The notes under the pieces are model-generated. The model saw only the letters and a list, made by a program, of their open reading frames with translations. It had not been told where the DNA came from and ran no database searches. Shown in pieces: positions 25,689-37,223 of a DNA stretch of 64,000 nucleotides. A program made the position numbers and the translations under genes. The DNA comes from Felis catus (lineage: Eukaryota). The DNA is taken from positions 22,694,001 through 22,758,000 of the forward strand of contig NC_058383.1 of NCBI RefSeq assembly GCF_018350175.1. The letters are read 5' to 3'. The stretch's first letter is position 1. Each line of letters opens with the position of its first letter.

Positions 25689-26079
25689 AATTCCTAATAT
25701 TCCTAATAAATTGGATGGGGGCTTGAGTAGATGCAGGTTCACTTGGAGGGGCTGGGGAGCAAGAACACTTCATGGGTGGTTTTCAAGAGGCCTGTGGTTT
25801 TGGTTGTCTCTTTGTGATTATTGTCTAAACCCATCATTTTCTCTGATTGCAGTGAGCTGAAAGACAATCAAATTTACATTTTTAAACAACTTGCACATGC
25901 AAAATAAAACATTTTGCCACGTGAATTTAACCCCTTGTCAGTTTGCAGCCCCTGTCCACAGTTAAGAAAAATGGCAGGAAATAGTTGGTCACTCCTTAGA
26001 ATCAGCAGTCTAGCTCTGTGGCCCAAAGTGTTACATGTAGCCCCAACTCTGCTGCCAGTTCTTTCTCTGTCTCTCAGGA

Positions 26080-26930
26080 GACACTGTTTAGTAGACTGAA
26101 ATGCTTAATGAGTTTTTGAAATCCAGTGTGTATTTTATACTTACGACATTTCAATTTGTATGCCAAGTGTTCATCAGTAATACTTGATCTCTATTTAGAC
26201 TCTATGAAATTTACAGGTGCAAATGTAGATTCATGTACCAATTTGTTCCCTATACACTTAAAAGCTTTCCAATAACTGAATAAAGTACCAATAAAACTCT
26301 TTTAATATTCATATCCACACTGACAAAACCATTTCAGTTTTTAATTTTAATTAAAATTAAAGTTTTAGAAAAAATAAATAAAGTTTTAGGGTGCCTGGGT
26401 GACTCCGTTGGTTAAGCATCGACTTTTTTTTTTTTTCTTTTTAGTGATTATTTTTGAGAAACCACATGTGTGAGTGGGGAAGGGGCAGAGGGAGGGAGAT
26501 AGAGGCTCCAAAGCAGGCTCCGTGCTAATGGCAAAGAGCCTGATGTGGGGCTTAAACTCATGAACTGTGAGATCATGACCTGGACCAAAGTTGGACACTC
26601 AACTGGTTGAGCTACCCAGGTGCCCTGAGCATCTGACTCTTGGTTTGGGCTGAGGTCATGATCTCATGGTTTTTGAGATCAATCCCCATGTTGGGTTCTG
26701 TGCTGACAGTGCAGAGCCTGCTTGGGATTCTCTCCCCCTCTCTGCCACTCCCTTGCACATGTGTGCACACACGCTTGCTCTGTTAAAATAAATAAATAAA
26801 CTTAAAAAAATAAAAGTAAAGTTTTATTTCATACACAGTGCTCATCACCAAAAAAAAAAAAAAAAGAAAGAAAAAAAAAATTAAAGTTGCAATTCCTTAG
26901 TTGAAGGAATCATGTTTCAGTCATGTTGGC
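26080..26930. mobile_element. hAT-Charlie (MER33-like) remnant containing a + SINE (26389-26815) that is itself interrupted by a - SINE (26425-26625)
   Basis: aaatccagtgtgtattttatacttac motif; nested SINE structure with TSDs. Confidence 0.7.
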
Positions 26931-27180
26931 AGTTATGTTGTATGGTATTGGGAAAGGAGGTGAAGAAATTTGGTTCCTCCTGCATCTTGAGAACTAGAAG
27001 TGTTGGGGTTCAGGGATTGAGCACCTAGGTCTGCTAGGGGCCTTAGCACAGGGTCTGTGGGCAGGGGTATGGCTGTACTGAACCTGGTGAAGCCATGGGT
27101 GGCTGCTTTGTGGAATGACTTAAAAAAGTCTGAGACTGTTGGTAACTAAACCAGGGGGACTATCCTCTTTCCTCCTCCAG

Positions 27181-27306
27181 CTGAGATTCTCCAGGCAAAT
27201 GACCTCCTCACCCAGGGAGTTCTGCTGTACAAACAGGTGATGGAGGGCCGTGTCATCTTTGGGAACACAGTGACCAGCTCGGTGGGAGACCTACCTGTCT
27301 CCAGAG
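27181..27306 (+). CDS. GGA2: GGA2 exon 10
   Basis: cag|(A)EILQANDLLTQGVLLYKQVMEGRVIFGNTVTSSVGDLPVSR|gtatgc; 126 nt. Confidence 0.97.
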
Positions 27307-27579
27307 GTATGCTTTCTGCCTTGACATCCCGCAGATCCTGGAGAAGAACTGGATCCTCAGAATATTCTGGGTTATGGTATAGAAATGAGAGGCCTTGCCC
27401 TTTTTTCCCTTTCCTTTGAGAGTTGGATTTACATCGCCAGCCCCTGCCACTTGTGCCGTCACAAAGTGACTGGCAGGCTGGACCCTCACTTTGGCTATCC
27501 ACAGAAGCAGATGGCTACATTGCAGTCAGGTCATAAATGCTTATTTATAAGAGCTAGAGACCAAAATAATGATCTTCTT

Positions 27580-27770
27580 CAGTGGTCCCTAGCAGGCTAG
27601 GCTAGCTGCGTCAGAATCATTCGGAATACTGGCTGAAATGCAGATTCTTAGGTCCCCGGCTGGGTCCTGCTGAATCAAGCCTGCTTAGACCTTGGCTGGG
27701 GGTGGGGATGGGGGTGTTTTTATCAAGCGCTCCAGTGATGCTGATTATCTGTGTTCAGAAGGGCTGTTGC
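27580..27770. mobile_element. MER5-like hAT remnant
   Basis: tcagaatca...aaatgcagattct...ctgctgaatca...ccagtgatgctgat. Confidence 0.6.
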
Positions 27771-28007
27771 TGGCCAGGGTGAATGGACCATCAGCGGAGG
27801 ACACGGACCGCTGTGGGTAGGAAGGCGGTCCTCTGGCTGCTTCCTATTCTACAGGCCAGCTCAGGCTGTACATGAAGCCATTCAGCGGAAGTGCATTGAG
27901 TGGGGTGACGTGATGTCTTTTGATCGGGAGGAGGCCCGTGGGAAGCTGACAGGCATTAAGTGGACTCTTTGCTCTCGTTCTGATATATTTTCCTAACTGT
28001 TTCGTAG

Positions 28008-28130
28008 TCTTTCAGAATCCAGCAGGCTGCATGAAGAACTGCCCTCTGATCGACTTGGAGGTGGACAGCGGATCTGAGCAGGCTGGGACTGTGGCACCAT
28101 CGTTGCTTCACCAGGACCTAGCAGCCTTAG
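28008..28130 (+). CDS. GGA2: GGA2 exon 11 (hinge; clathrin box LIDLE)
   Basis: tag|(V)FQNPAGCMKNCPLIDLEVDSGSEQAGTVAPSLLHQDLAAL|gtgagg; 123 nt. Confidence 0.96.
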
Positions 28131-28247
28131 GTGAGGGAGGGTGTTTAGGGGGAGCAGGCACAGAAACTGGTCCTGACTCCCAGGGAGAGTGAGTCAGCTG
28201 GTCCTCCTTGGGGAAAATATGCCTGTTTTCAGAGGGAATTGGGTATA

Positions 28248-28682
28248 CAGTGCCCGCCCACCCCCCCACCCCCCCTTTTATCCATGGCTCCAGTTCCCCG
28301 CGGTCTGGAAGCAGATGATCCTACTCCTGATACATGGTCAGGAGGTCAGTAGTAGCCTAGCGCTACATCACAGGCCTATGTCATTCACCTCACTTCATCT
28401 CATCACGTAGGCATTTTATCATCTCCCATCACAAGAAGACGAAGGGTGAGTACAGTATAATAAATTTCGAGAGAGAGACCACATTCACATAACTCTTACT
28501 ACTGTACATTGCTATTCTATTTCGTTATCTTACTGTGTCTGATTTATAAATTGAACTGAATCACAGGTATGTTTGTGTGGGGAAAAAACATGGTATATGT
28601 AGGGATCGGTACTCTTCGCCTTTTCAAACATCCACCAGGGGTCTTAGAACATCTTCCCGAATGAATAAGGTGGGGACTCCTG
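28248..28682. mobile_element. MER44-like (TcMar-Tigger) DNA transposon
   Basis: Degenerate terminal inverted repeats (cagt..cccc..ttatcc / ataagg.ggggactcctg) and internal gagagagagaccacattcacataac. Confidence 0.8.
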
Positions 28683-28866
28683 TCCTGGGAAGTTCAGACA
28701 GGTCGTCTTTGCATTTAATCTCAGATTTGCCATGAATGAATTGGATGATTTTAGGTAATCTGCTTTGCCTAGGCTTTTCTAAATGTCTTAGAAAGGGTGA
28801 ACATGACTTCGATCTCCAGCTGCTGTCAGAGTTACTGGTGTGCATCTTTCTGTTTCTTCCTTACAG

Positions 28867-28895
28867 GACTCAGTGATGCTCCAGTTGCTGACAAG
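28867..28895 (+). CDS. GGA2: GGA2 exon 12 (29-nt micro-exon, hinge)
   Basis: cag|(G)LSDAPVADK|gtaagg; needed to join phase 1 to phase 0. Confidence 0.93.
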
Positions 28896-29263
28896 GTAAG
28901 GCATCTCTTCCTAGGGACTGGAGGGGAGGTCCCTAAACCTACCTTCATGAGGACAGTGCTGCCTGGGCATGGGGGAAGGGGCTACAGCATAGCCTGGTGG
29001 CGATTGTGGACTTGGAGGTCCAAAGCCTTGTCCTTGCCTGTACTGTCTGGCTTGGACCTCCAAAGAGACATGTTTTTCCCTCTCCTTATACTCCTCCTCC
29101 CTTTAGCGGTATCCAGGTTCCAGTTTACTGAAGGTCTGATCAGGAGTTGTATGTTCTCTTGCCCTTTCTTTCTCCTGCCCCAGGACATGTTGTAAGCATG
29201 GTGTCACCATGGCTCATGATCATTCATACTCTGGCCTTATTTTAGCCATTCCTGGTTTGACAG

Positions 29264-29397
29264 GTTGCCGGTCAGAATTGCTGTGAGGAAAAGAGGAATC
29301 CCACTGCCAGCACACTGCCGGGTGGTGGTGTTCAGAGCCCTTCTGCAGAAAAGAACTTGCTGGATCTCCTCTCCCCACAGCCATGTCCAGGGCCTCT
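29264..29397 (+). CDS. GGA2: GGA2 exon 13 (hinge; LLDLL motif)
   Basis: cag|VAGQNCCEEKRNPTASTLPGGGVQSPSAEKNLLDLLSPQPCPGP(L)|gtgagt; 134 nt. Confidence 0.95.
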
Positions 29398-30881
29398 GTG
29401 AGTCTTGTGGGCAAGGACAGTGGAAGAGTGGCTCCCATGTGCACTTGATGTTCCTTCCATGGGGCCGGGTCAGAGGGCAGGGTTAGCGTGCCAGAATACG
29501 GGGACGATACTTGAAGACGGCCAGGGACCTCCCTCCCTGGAAGGACTTCTTCCTTTCTGCCAAGTGTTCAACATGTACTTTTCCCCTTGTCCTTTGACTC
29601 CCTATCCTAGTCAGAGGAAAAGACATAGTTTAGTCAGGAGCTCTGAAAAGGGGGTTGGTTTAAGGTGTAGCAGCAGTAGATGCTGCTGCTGATGATTTTG
29701 GTGTTCATGGGCTTCCCCCCCCCCCCCCCAATTACAGTGTAATTTGAAGTTGAGCAAAATTTGATCATTAGGCAAATAGATAACGTAGAAAGTCTCAAAA
29801 ATCACTGCCTAAAGACAATATCGAATGCTCCTTTTTTGCTTCTCTCTCTATGCGTGTAGTAACGCAGCATGTTGTTTATTTTTACACAAGTGGGCTCATA
29901 ATTGACAACCTGTCCTCCAGTGCGGTTTTTTTCATGTCACATCTTTGGTACATGTGCATATCAACTTATATAACTTTGGCTCATTCTTATAGTTTAATAA
30001 TTCACGTGCATACAGTGTACACATATTTAGTCATTTCCCTCTTGCGGGTATTTACACAGCTTTCTGTTTGGAGGCACTTGGAATGCTTTTGTAGTACAGG
30101 TTCCTAGAACTAGAGGTGCTCTAGGGTGTGGATGCAAACACACGGACAGGCTGGTTTGCCTCTGGAAAGGTTGGAGCGGTTTGCCTTCTTGCAGATGGCC
30201 TGAGTGCGTCCGTGTCCACGGCAGAGACACAGGGCCCTGGTGGCAACAGAGATGTGCCGGGCGCTCATTCTTGTTTGCACCCCTGGAGGGTTTCCTTCCG
30301 TTTATTCCTAACCATTCAACAGGGGGCCAGTAGTCTTCCTGATTTGGGTGGGCTGCTTCTGTCTGGACTGGAGTTTTCATTTTGTAGTAAAAATTTTGCA
30401 ATCTGCGTTCCCAATGGACAAAGTCATGAAGTGTGAATGAAGAGGTCAGTGTAAAATTGGAATTCTCCTCTTCCCAGCTCTTGTTACTCTGGTGCTCACG
30501 TACAAGAAAGGTAACCTGACTGAGCGGCTTGTTGTCAGAGGCTGCCTGACAGCTGCAACCTTGATTATCTTAATAACATCTCTAGTTTATTGCGTCCTTA
30601 TTATGTGCACACAGCCCACTAAGTGTTTTTCATACATTTTCTCATTTAATTCTGATAACAGCCCCATGAAGTAGATGCTAAATTATTTCCATTTTACAGA
30701 TGAGAAGACTGAAGCACAGGTTAAATTCCATGTCTAGAGTCCTATTTCTCTAAAATACACACAGACACACATATTATCTTGTTTTTCCCCTTCCTTAACC
30801 TCGTTCTTCAGATTCCCGGAATTGTCTACAATTTTTGCTAGTCTTGATACATTTTTTTTTTTTTTTTTAATTTCTTGGCAG

Positions 30882-31039
30882 GAATTATGTTCCACAGAAG
30901 AGTATCCCTAAGGAAGTGCCCCCCGGCACTAAGTCCTCTCCAGGTTGGTCCTGGGAAGCTGGCCCATTGTCTTCTTCCCCATCCTCCCAGAATACACCTC
31001 TGGCTCAAGTGTTTGTCCCTTTGGAGTCTGTTAAACCCA
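30882..31039 (+). CDS. GGA2: GGA2 exon 14 (hinge to GAE domain)
   Basis: cag|NYVPQKSIPKEVPPGTKSSPGWSWEAGPLSSSPSSQNTPLAQVFVPLESVKP|gtaagt; 158 nt. Confidence 0.96.
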
Positions 31040-32056
31040 GTAAGTACAATTTCACCTCCCCGCCCCTTGCTATTAGATGGCCAGCTTTATCTGCTGTGAA
31101 TTGGCAGGAGGTGGCTCTGAAACTGGGGAAGTTGAGTGGTAGAGATAAGGCCTGGGGGCAGAGGGTAAGGAGGTGGCTTCATAGTCTCTTTACCTATTAT
31201 TTTTCATAAAGATTTCTCTGTCTTGGGACTGACACTAAAAGTGAAGGCTATTGGCAGGCAGAATCTAACAAGGGGGCTTGATTCTATTTATAGACCTGGT
31301 GCTCACTCATTGGGAATTCAAGAAGGGAATGTCAAGTGTGGCAGAAATAACTCCAAAAAGGTGGGATTAGTAGGAAAGGAAGGACTTGGCTGGTGGTCCT
31401 CTTCCATTAGGGGTCCTCATTAGAGCAGGAGAGCAGAGGTTACCTCCTTACAAAGGAAAGGAACAGCAGGCCCAGTAAGTAAGGTGACTGCATAGGGTCA
31501 GCACACTGGCATGTGAGCAGGAGACACCCAGGGTCTTTAGAAATACAGCTCAGGCCCTTCTCTCTGGGCACATGGCTCTCCTGTGGCTCAGTGTGCTGGG
31601 GTCAGATTGCAAAGAGCCCTGGATACAGGCATAGGAATTTAAACAGTTGGTAAGCCCTTCCAAGACTTACTTTAACTTAAAAATAATACATGTTCAATGT
31701 TAGTTTCCTGATTCTGGTCATTGTACTGTGGTTATGTAAAATGTTAACATATGGGAATTCTTTGCGTTTTGTAACATTTTGTAAATCTGAAACTATTACA
31801 AAAGAATATCTAAAAAATTAAAAGTGAGAAAATACATATTCAATGTAGAAATTTCAGAAAAAATAGAGAAAATGAAATCGTACCGTTCACCCGGAAATGG
31901 AAGTTCTATTCATACCTTAATGTATTTTCTTGTTTTAGCCATGTACGTATATATTCTTAATAAATTGGCACCACAGTATATATAGACTGTTTTACAGCCT
32001 GCATTATTACCATAAGCCATAGCGTTTTTTCATGCTCTCGATTGTTCTTCAAAACC

Positions 32057-33782
32057 TTTATTTTTTTAGAGAGCATGCACAAATGTGCGAGAGCTGGGGA
32101 GAGGGCAGAGGGAGAGAAAGAGCATCTTAAGCAGGCTCCTCATTCAGCGCAGAGCCCGACACAGGGCTTGATCTCATGACCGTGAGATCACAACCTGAGT
32201 GGAAGTCAAGAGTTGGACGCTCAACTGACTGCACCACCCAGGCCACTCAAAACCTTTATTTTTTTAAATGTTATCATACATATGTATAATCATGGTACCA
32301 TCATTCAGCTTTTGAATTCTTTTCTGAAGGATAATTTTTATTTCTAGTTGTGTTGTTTTTGGTTGTTTGCTGTTAAAAACAGTGCTACAACGAACATCTT
32401 TGGACACGCATTGTTTTAAATTTTCCTGATTAGTTCATTAGGATATATTCTTTGAAATGTGGGTGTAGACATCTAAAATTTTGTTCTGCATAACCAAGAT
32501 CCCTCTAGAAAGGTTGCCTCTTTCCCCCTAGCCTCAAGAATGTTTTCAGTCTTGGGGCGCCTGGGTGGCGCAGTCGGTTAAGCGTCCGACTTCAGCCAGG
32601 TCACGATCTCGCGGTCCGTGAGTTCGAGCCCCGCGTCGGGCTCTGGGCTGATGGCTCAGAGCCTGGAGCCTGTTTCCGATTCTGTGTCTCCCTCTCTCTC
32701 TGCCCCTCCCCCGTTCATGCTCTGTCTCTCTCGTCCCAAAAATAAATAAAAACGTTGAAAAAAAAAATTAAAAAAAAAATGTTTTCAGTCTTTTAAATCT
32801 TTGATAGTCTCATTTTTAAACTATAGAACGTGCATTTTGATGAGTGATGTTTGGCATGAGGTAAAGATCTTTCATTAAAAAAATTTTTTACAGGGGCGCC
32901 TGGGTGGTTCAGTCGGTTAAGCATCTGACTTCTGCTCAGGTCAAGATCTGATGGTCCATGGGTTCGGGCCGTGTTGGGCTCTGTGCTGACAACTCAGAGC
33001 CTGGAGCCTGCTTTGGATTCTGTGTCTCCCTCTCCCCCCCCCCCCCCACTTGTTCGTTCTCTCTCTCTCTCTCTCTCTCTCAAAATAAATAAACATTAAA
33101 AAAAATTTTTTCCAGGTTAGATAGTTGTCTGCCACTTGGTGAATCAGTCACTGATTTTGAAACAGATGCTCTAACATGTTAAATTCCCCTTTTGGGTCTG
33201 TTGTGCATTCTTTGTTTTACATTTCTCTCAGTTTTGTGCTTTTGAGTATTTATGGATGCAAATAGCCCTTACTCCCTGTCTTTAAATGGATAGACTCCTG
33301 AATTTACCCCCCTCCCCTCCATTTGCTTTAGAATCAATTCTTAAAAAAATTTTTTTTTTCAATGTTTATTTATTTTTGGGACAGAGAGAGACAGAGCATG
33401 AACGGGGGAGGGGCAGAGAGAGAGGGAGACACAGAATCGGAAACAGGCTCCAGGCTCCGAGCCATCAGCCCAGAGCCCGACGCGGGGCTCGAACTCACGG
33501 ACCGCGAGATCGTGACCTGGCTGAAGTCGGACGCTTAACCGACTGCGCCACCCAGGTGCCCCAAGAATCAATTCTTCCAACGTTTATTTATTTTTGGGAC
33601 AGAGAGAGACAGAGCATGAACGGGGGAGGGGCAGAGAGAGAGGGAGACACAGAATCGGAAACAGGCTCCAGGCTCTGAGCCATCAGCCCAGAGCCCGATG
33701 CGGGGCTCGAACTCACGGACCGCGAGATCGTGACCTGGCTGAAGTCGGACGCTTAACCGACTGCGCCACCCAGGCGCCCCCC
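32057..33782. mobile_element. Five CAN-SINEs: 32057-32247(-), 32554-32777(+), 32893-33105(+), 33343-33562(-), 33577-33782(-)
   Basis: Three are CpG-rich young feline-type copies (gtggcgcagtc...cagccaggtcacg). TSDs aatgttttcagtctt and agaatcaattctt. Confidence 0.95.
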
Positions 33783-34352
33783 AAGAATCAATTCTTAATG
33801 GAATTTAAAAAATCCCGTTAGGATTTCCATTGGAATGTGATTAAACCTACTGATTTGAAGAAATCTACATCTTTACAGTTTTGTAAAATTAAATGTAAGA
33901 AGTGTGTGTGTATGTAGTCATACAAAAGAGATGAGGAGGAAATAGGCCCAAATGTTATTAGCAATGCTTATTTCTGGGTAGAAATAATGGTGGTTTTTTT
34001 TTTTTTTATTTCATTCTTTATGATATTCTGTATTTTCTCTGGTGTTCTTACAGTATTTTAGTCTATCTCCTTTAAAAAAGTTCATTTTTTTTTTTTTCCA
34101 ACTGGTAATGAGCTTCAGATGTCTGGATGGTGGGAGAGATCAGTTTGACGGGCTCTAGGAATCCAGCTAGAAGTAGTGAGGGCTGGGTTGTGGCTGCGCA
34201 GAAAGCTTGGGACCAAGGAGGTAAGTCTCGGAGCTGCGTTGACTGGAGAAGGCGTAGCACTGGGCGATAACCACACGCACGTCTCTTTCAGGCCGGGCTG
34301 TTGGCGAGTTTGCAGTCGTGCTAACCCTTTCGGTTCGGTCCTTCTCTACCAG

Positions 34353-34522
34353 GCAGCCTACCGCCTCTCATCGTGTATGACCGGAACGGATTCAGAATTC
34401 TGCTCCACTTTTCCCAGACCGGGGCCCCTGGTCACCCAGAGGTGCAGGTGTTGCTATTGACCATGATGAGCACTGCCACCCAGCCTGTCTGGGACATCAT
34501 GTTTCAAGTGGCTGTGCCGAAG
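34353..34522 (+). CDS. GGA2: GGA2 exon 15 (GAE domain)
   Basis: cag|SLPPLIVYDRNGFRILLHFSQTGAPGHPEVQVLLLTMMSTATQPVWDIMFQVAVPK|gtgagt; 170 nt. Confidence 0.98.
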
Positions 34523-35436
34523 GTGAGTCCTCTGCTGGCCAGCTCCTTTGACTCTTTCAATAAAGCTTTAGTTACGTGTAAGAGACACCATCTTCAAAGT
34601 AGTTTAAGGTGGGAATTTTATTGGCTTATTTAACTGGAGGTCTCTGAATATCTGACTTCAGTATATGTCCGAATCCAGATAAAATCTTAAAACGATTCCT
34701 TAAGAATCCCTTTCCACCTCTTGACTTTTCTTCTTTGGAGCATCTTCTGTGACAGACTCCACAGAGCATGGAAATGGCTATTAGCAGCTCCAGAGTTACA
34801 TAGTCCTTAAACCTCTTTACCTCAAAAGGAAACTTTCCCCTGGCACGAGGCATGCATACTGGGTACCCAAGAAAGGGCTAGGATTCACCCTGTTGGTGTT
34901 ACTTGCACAACTTGGACCGGTTACTTGTGTTCAGGAATAGAAGGTACTCTGGCCAGTGAAGATCTTTCATCCACTGCTTTTCATGGGAAGTTGGGCCCCC
35001 TGATTAACAGCCATACCAGCATCACAGTGAACATGGGAGGAATGTCCTAAAAGTAAAGATCTAAGGTAGACAAAAATAAAGATGTACATTCTCTAATCCT
35101 CATGGTAATCTTGTGGGACATGTGTTACTATTACTTCTATTTTATAAATTTCTAGTCCAAGGCTCAGAGAGGTTAAGTATTTGCCCAAGATCACAGAGCT
35201 AGTAAGAGGCAGAATGAGAATGCAGCCCAAGATGTGCCTTAGCTCCTCATGCTGCCTCTTGGAAGCCAGCTGTACATTCTATTTATGGAAAGGAAGGACT
35301 TTTGGACCCTTTAATCAGGTGGTGGGTACAGGTCAAGTTTTCCCGTTTACCTCATCTCCCTCTTTGACACTGTACTTGATTAGGAATCAGTTAGATGTTG
35401 GATTTTTCTCTGCCCCCTCCCCCCCCCCCCCGATAG

Positions 35437-35547
35437 TCTATGAGAGTGAAGCTGCAGCCGGCATCCAGCTCCAAGCTCCCTGCATTCAGTCCGTTGACGC
35501 CTCCAGCTGTGATCTCTCAGATGCTGTTGCTTGACAATCCACACAAA
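35437..35547 (+). CDS. GGA2: GGA2 exon 16 (GAE domain)
   Basis: tag|SMRVKLQPASSSKLPAFSPLTPPAVISQMLLLDNPHK|gtatgt; 111 nt. Confidence 0.97.
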
Positions 35548-36090
35548 GTATGTTCTGGCACTTTTGCTAGCAGGGGAATGGGGTGAGGGGGTGGGCCTCA
35601 ACTCTAGGGAGGCAATGTGGTAGGTTGAGAGATGTGTATTTGGGTCTTGCTCTAAAGTCCCTGGTTGGGAGTGGTGGTGGAATATTCCTCACTGAGTCTG
35701 CTTTCCTTCGGGGCTTATTGAAAGAGGATCTGTGACCGGATGGCCATAGCTGGGAACCAAGAGAGTGATACAGACTCCCCCTAGTACCCTGGAGTCATCT
35801 GAAAGGGTGAGGCCTGCCCGTCCTCCTTAGCTGGCCTCCAAGTCAAGGTCCACCTCAGGACTGCATAGGTGTGGGAGTGCTCCCAGGATGTATGACTGGC
35901 TTCCCTCGTGTTTGTCGTCCCAAAGGGTCCCGGCCAGGTGTTCCTGTCATACAGTTGTTGGGAGGTCTCACTGGGGTGGAGCTTACATATGTATGTTGTT
36001 CCTTGGTGACTACTGGGTGGGTAAAGGCTCTTAATTCTGGGCTGGTCTGTGTCTCTCCCCACTAATTTAACATCTTCTGTCTTTGCCCAG

Positions 36091-36201
36091 GAGCCCATCC
36101 GGTTACGGTATAAGCTGACATTCAACCAGGGCGGACAGCCTTTCAGCGAAGTAGGAGAAGTGAAAGACTTTCCAGACCTGGCAGTCTTGGGTGCAGCCTA
36201 A
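36091..36201 (+). CDS. GGA2: GGA2 exon 17 (coding part, stop TAA)
   Basis: cag|EPIRLRYKLTFNQGGQPFSEVGEVKDFPDLAVLGAA*. Confidence 0.97.
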   Translation, partial: EPIRLRYKLTFNQGGQPFSEVGEVKDFPDLAVLGAA

Positions 36202-36358
36202 CTTTTCACGAGACAGACCCTGCCGCTCGAGCTTAGGCCAGTGTGAATGTTGCTGTCTAGATAGGACTAATCATGGTGATTTAGTGCGGAGTGCCAAGAG
36301 TTCCATCCCGACGTCAGGCTCTGGATCCCAACCTCTGACTTATTCTGCAGATACTACT

Positions 36359-36389
<31 letters not shown>

Positions 36390-36409
36390 GCGTGTGTGTG
36401 TGTGTGTGT
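36359..36409 (+). repeat. (TG)n microsatellite in the GGA2 3' UTR
   Basis: About 25 TG/CG units seen directly. Confidence 0.97.
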
Positions 36410-37217
36410 TGTGGGGGGTTGTGGGGGTGGGTAGCGCAGGGCTTGGGGTGTGGGCAGTGTGGGGAAATGCTAAAGCATTTCTGACAACCATCTGCTACAA
36501 TCATCTGTTTCTGCATGTGGGTGGACACTGATGTCCCCGCCTCAGGTTGGAGGTTTTATAAGCCAAAGTTGTGTTGTGTTGTGTTTTTTCTGTGTATTGT
36601 TCTCTTTCCATCCATCCACTCTGTGCCTTGTCAGCCTTTGAAAGTCTCGGCTGCTCCCAGGCTGCTGTTCTCAGGGACCTTAAAAGGGACCTGGTTGGTC
36701 TTGGGACAGAGAGTGTCTTCTGGGGCACTCTCTTCCAAGAAAGACCTTGTCTCCATTTCCATTAGAGAATGCTGCTTGCTTGTTTTTGAGAAGATCTTCT
36801 AAATGGAATGCTGATTGCACTGTTTTCCAGGCGAGGGGCTGCCACTAGACGAGAGGACCACACTTAGTGGGCCAAGCATGTCCTTCACCACTGTGCCTTA
36901 GAATCACCCAGAGAGGACCTTCCAGGGCAGAGGGGAAAGCAGATCCCAGGCCTTAATGCAGGCCTCAGGTTCCGTGGGTGGGGCAGCCTGTCTGGGCCCT
37001 TACTCAGGACCCTCCTCTCCATTCTCATCCTGTTTCTCCACAAGCATTTACCCTCCAAGCTCTTTGATTGTGACGCCGTGCCAGTCATTGTCAGCCATAA
37101 CTAACAGGCTCACCCTTGCCTGTTGACTTCACCGTCCAAGATGAAGGACTGATGCAAATAGATCTGAAAAGAGCTTAGCAGTGATTTAAGTGGTGAACTG
37201 AATATAGAAAGTCCTTG

Positions 37218-37223
37218 AATAAA
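37218..37223 (+). terminator. GGA2: Candidate proximal polyA signal of GGA2
   Basis: AATAAA about 1 kb after the stop codon, followed by GT/T-rich sequence. Confidence 0.4.
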
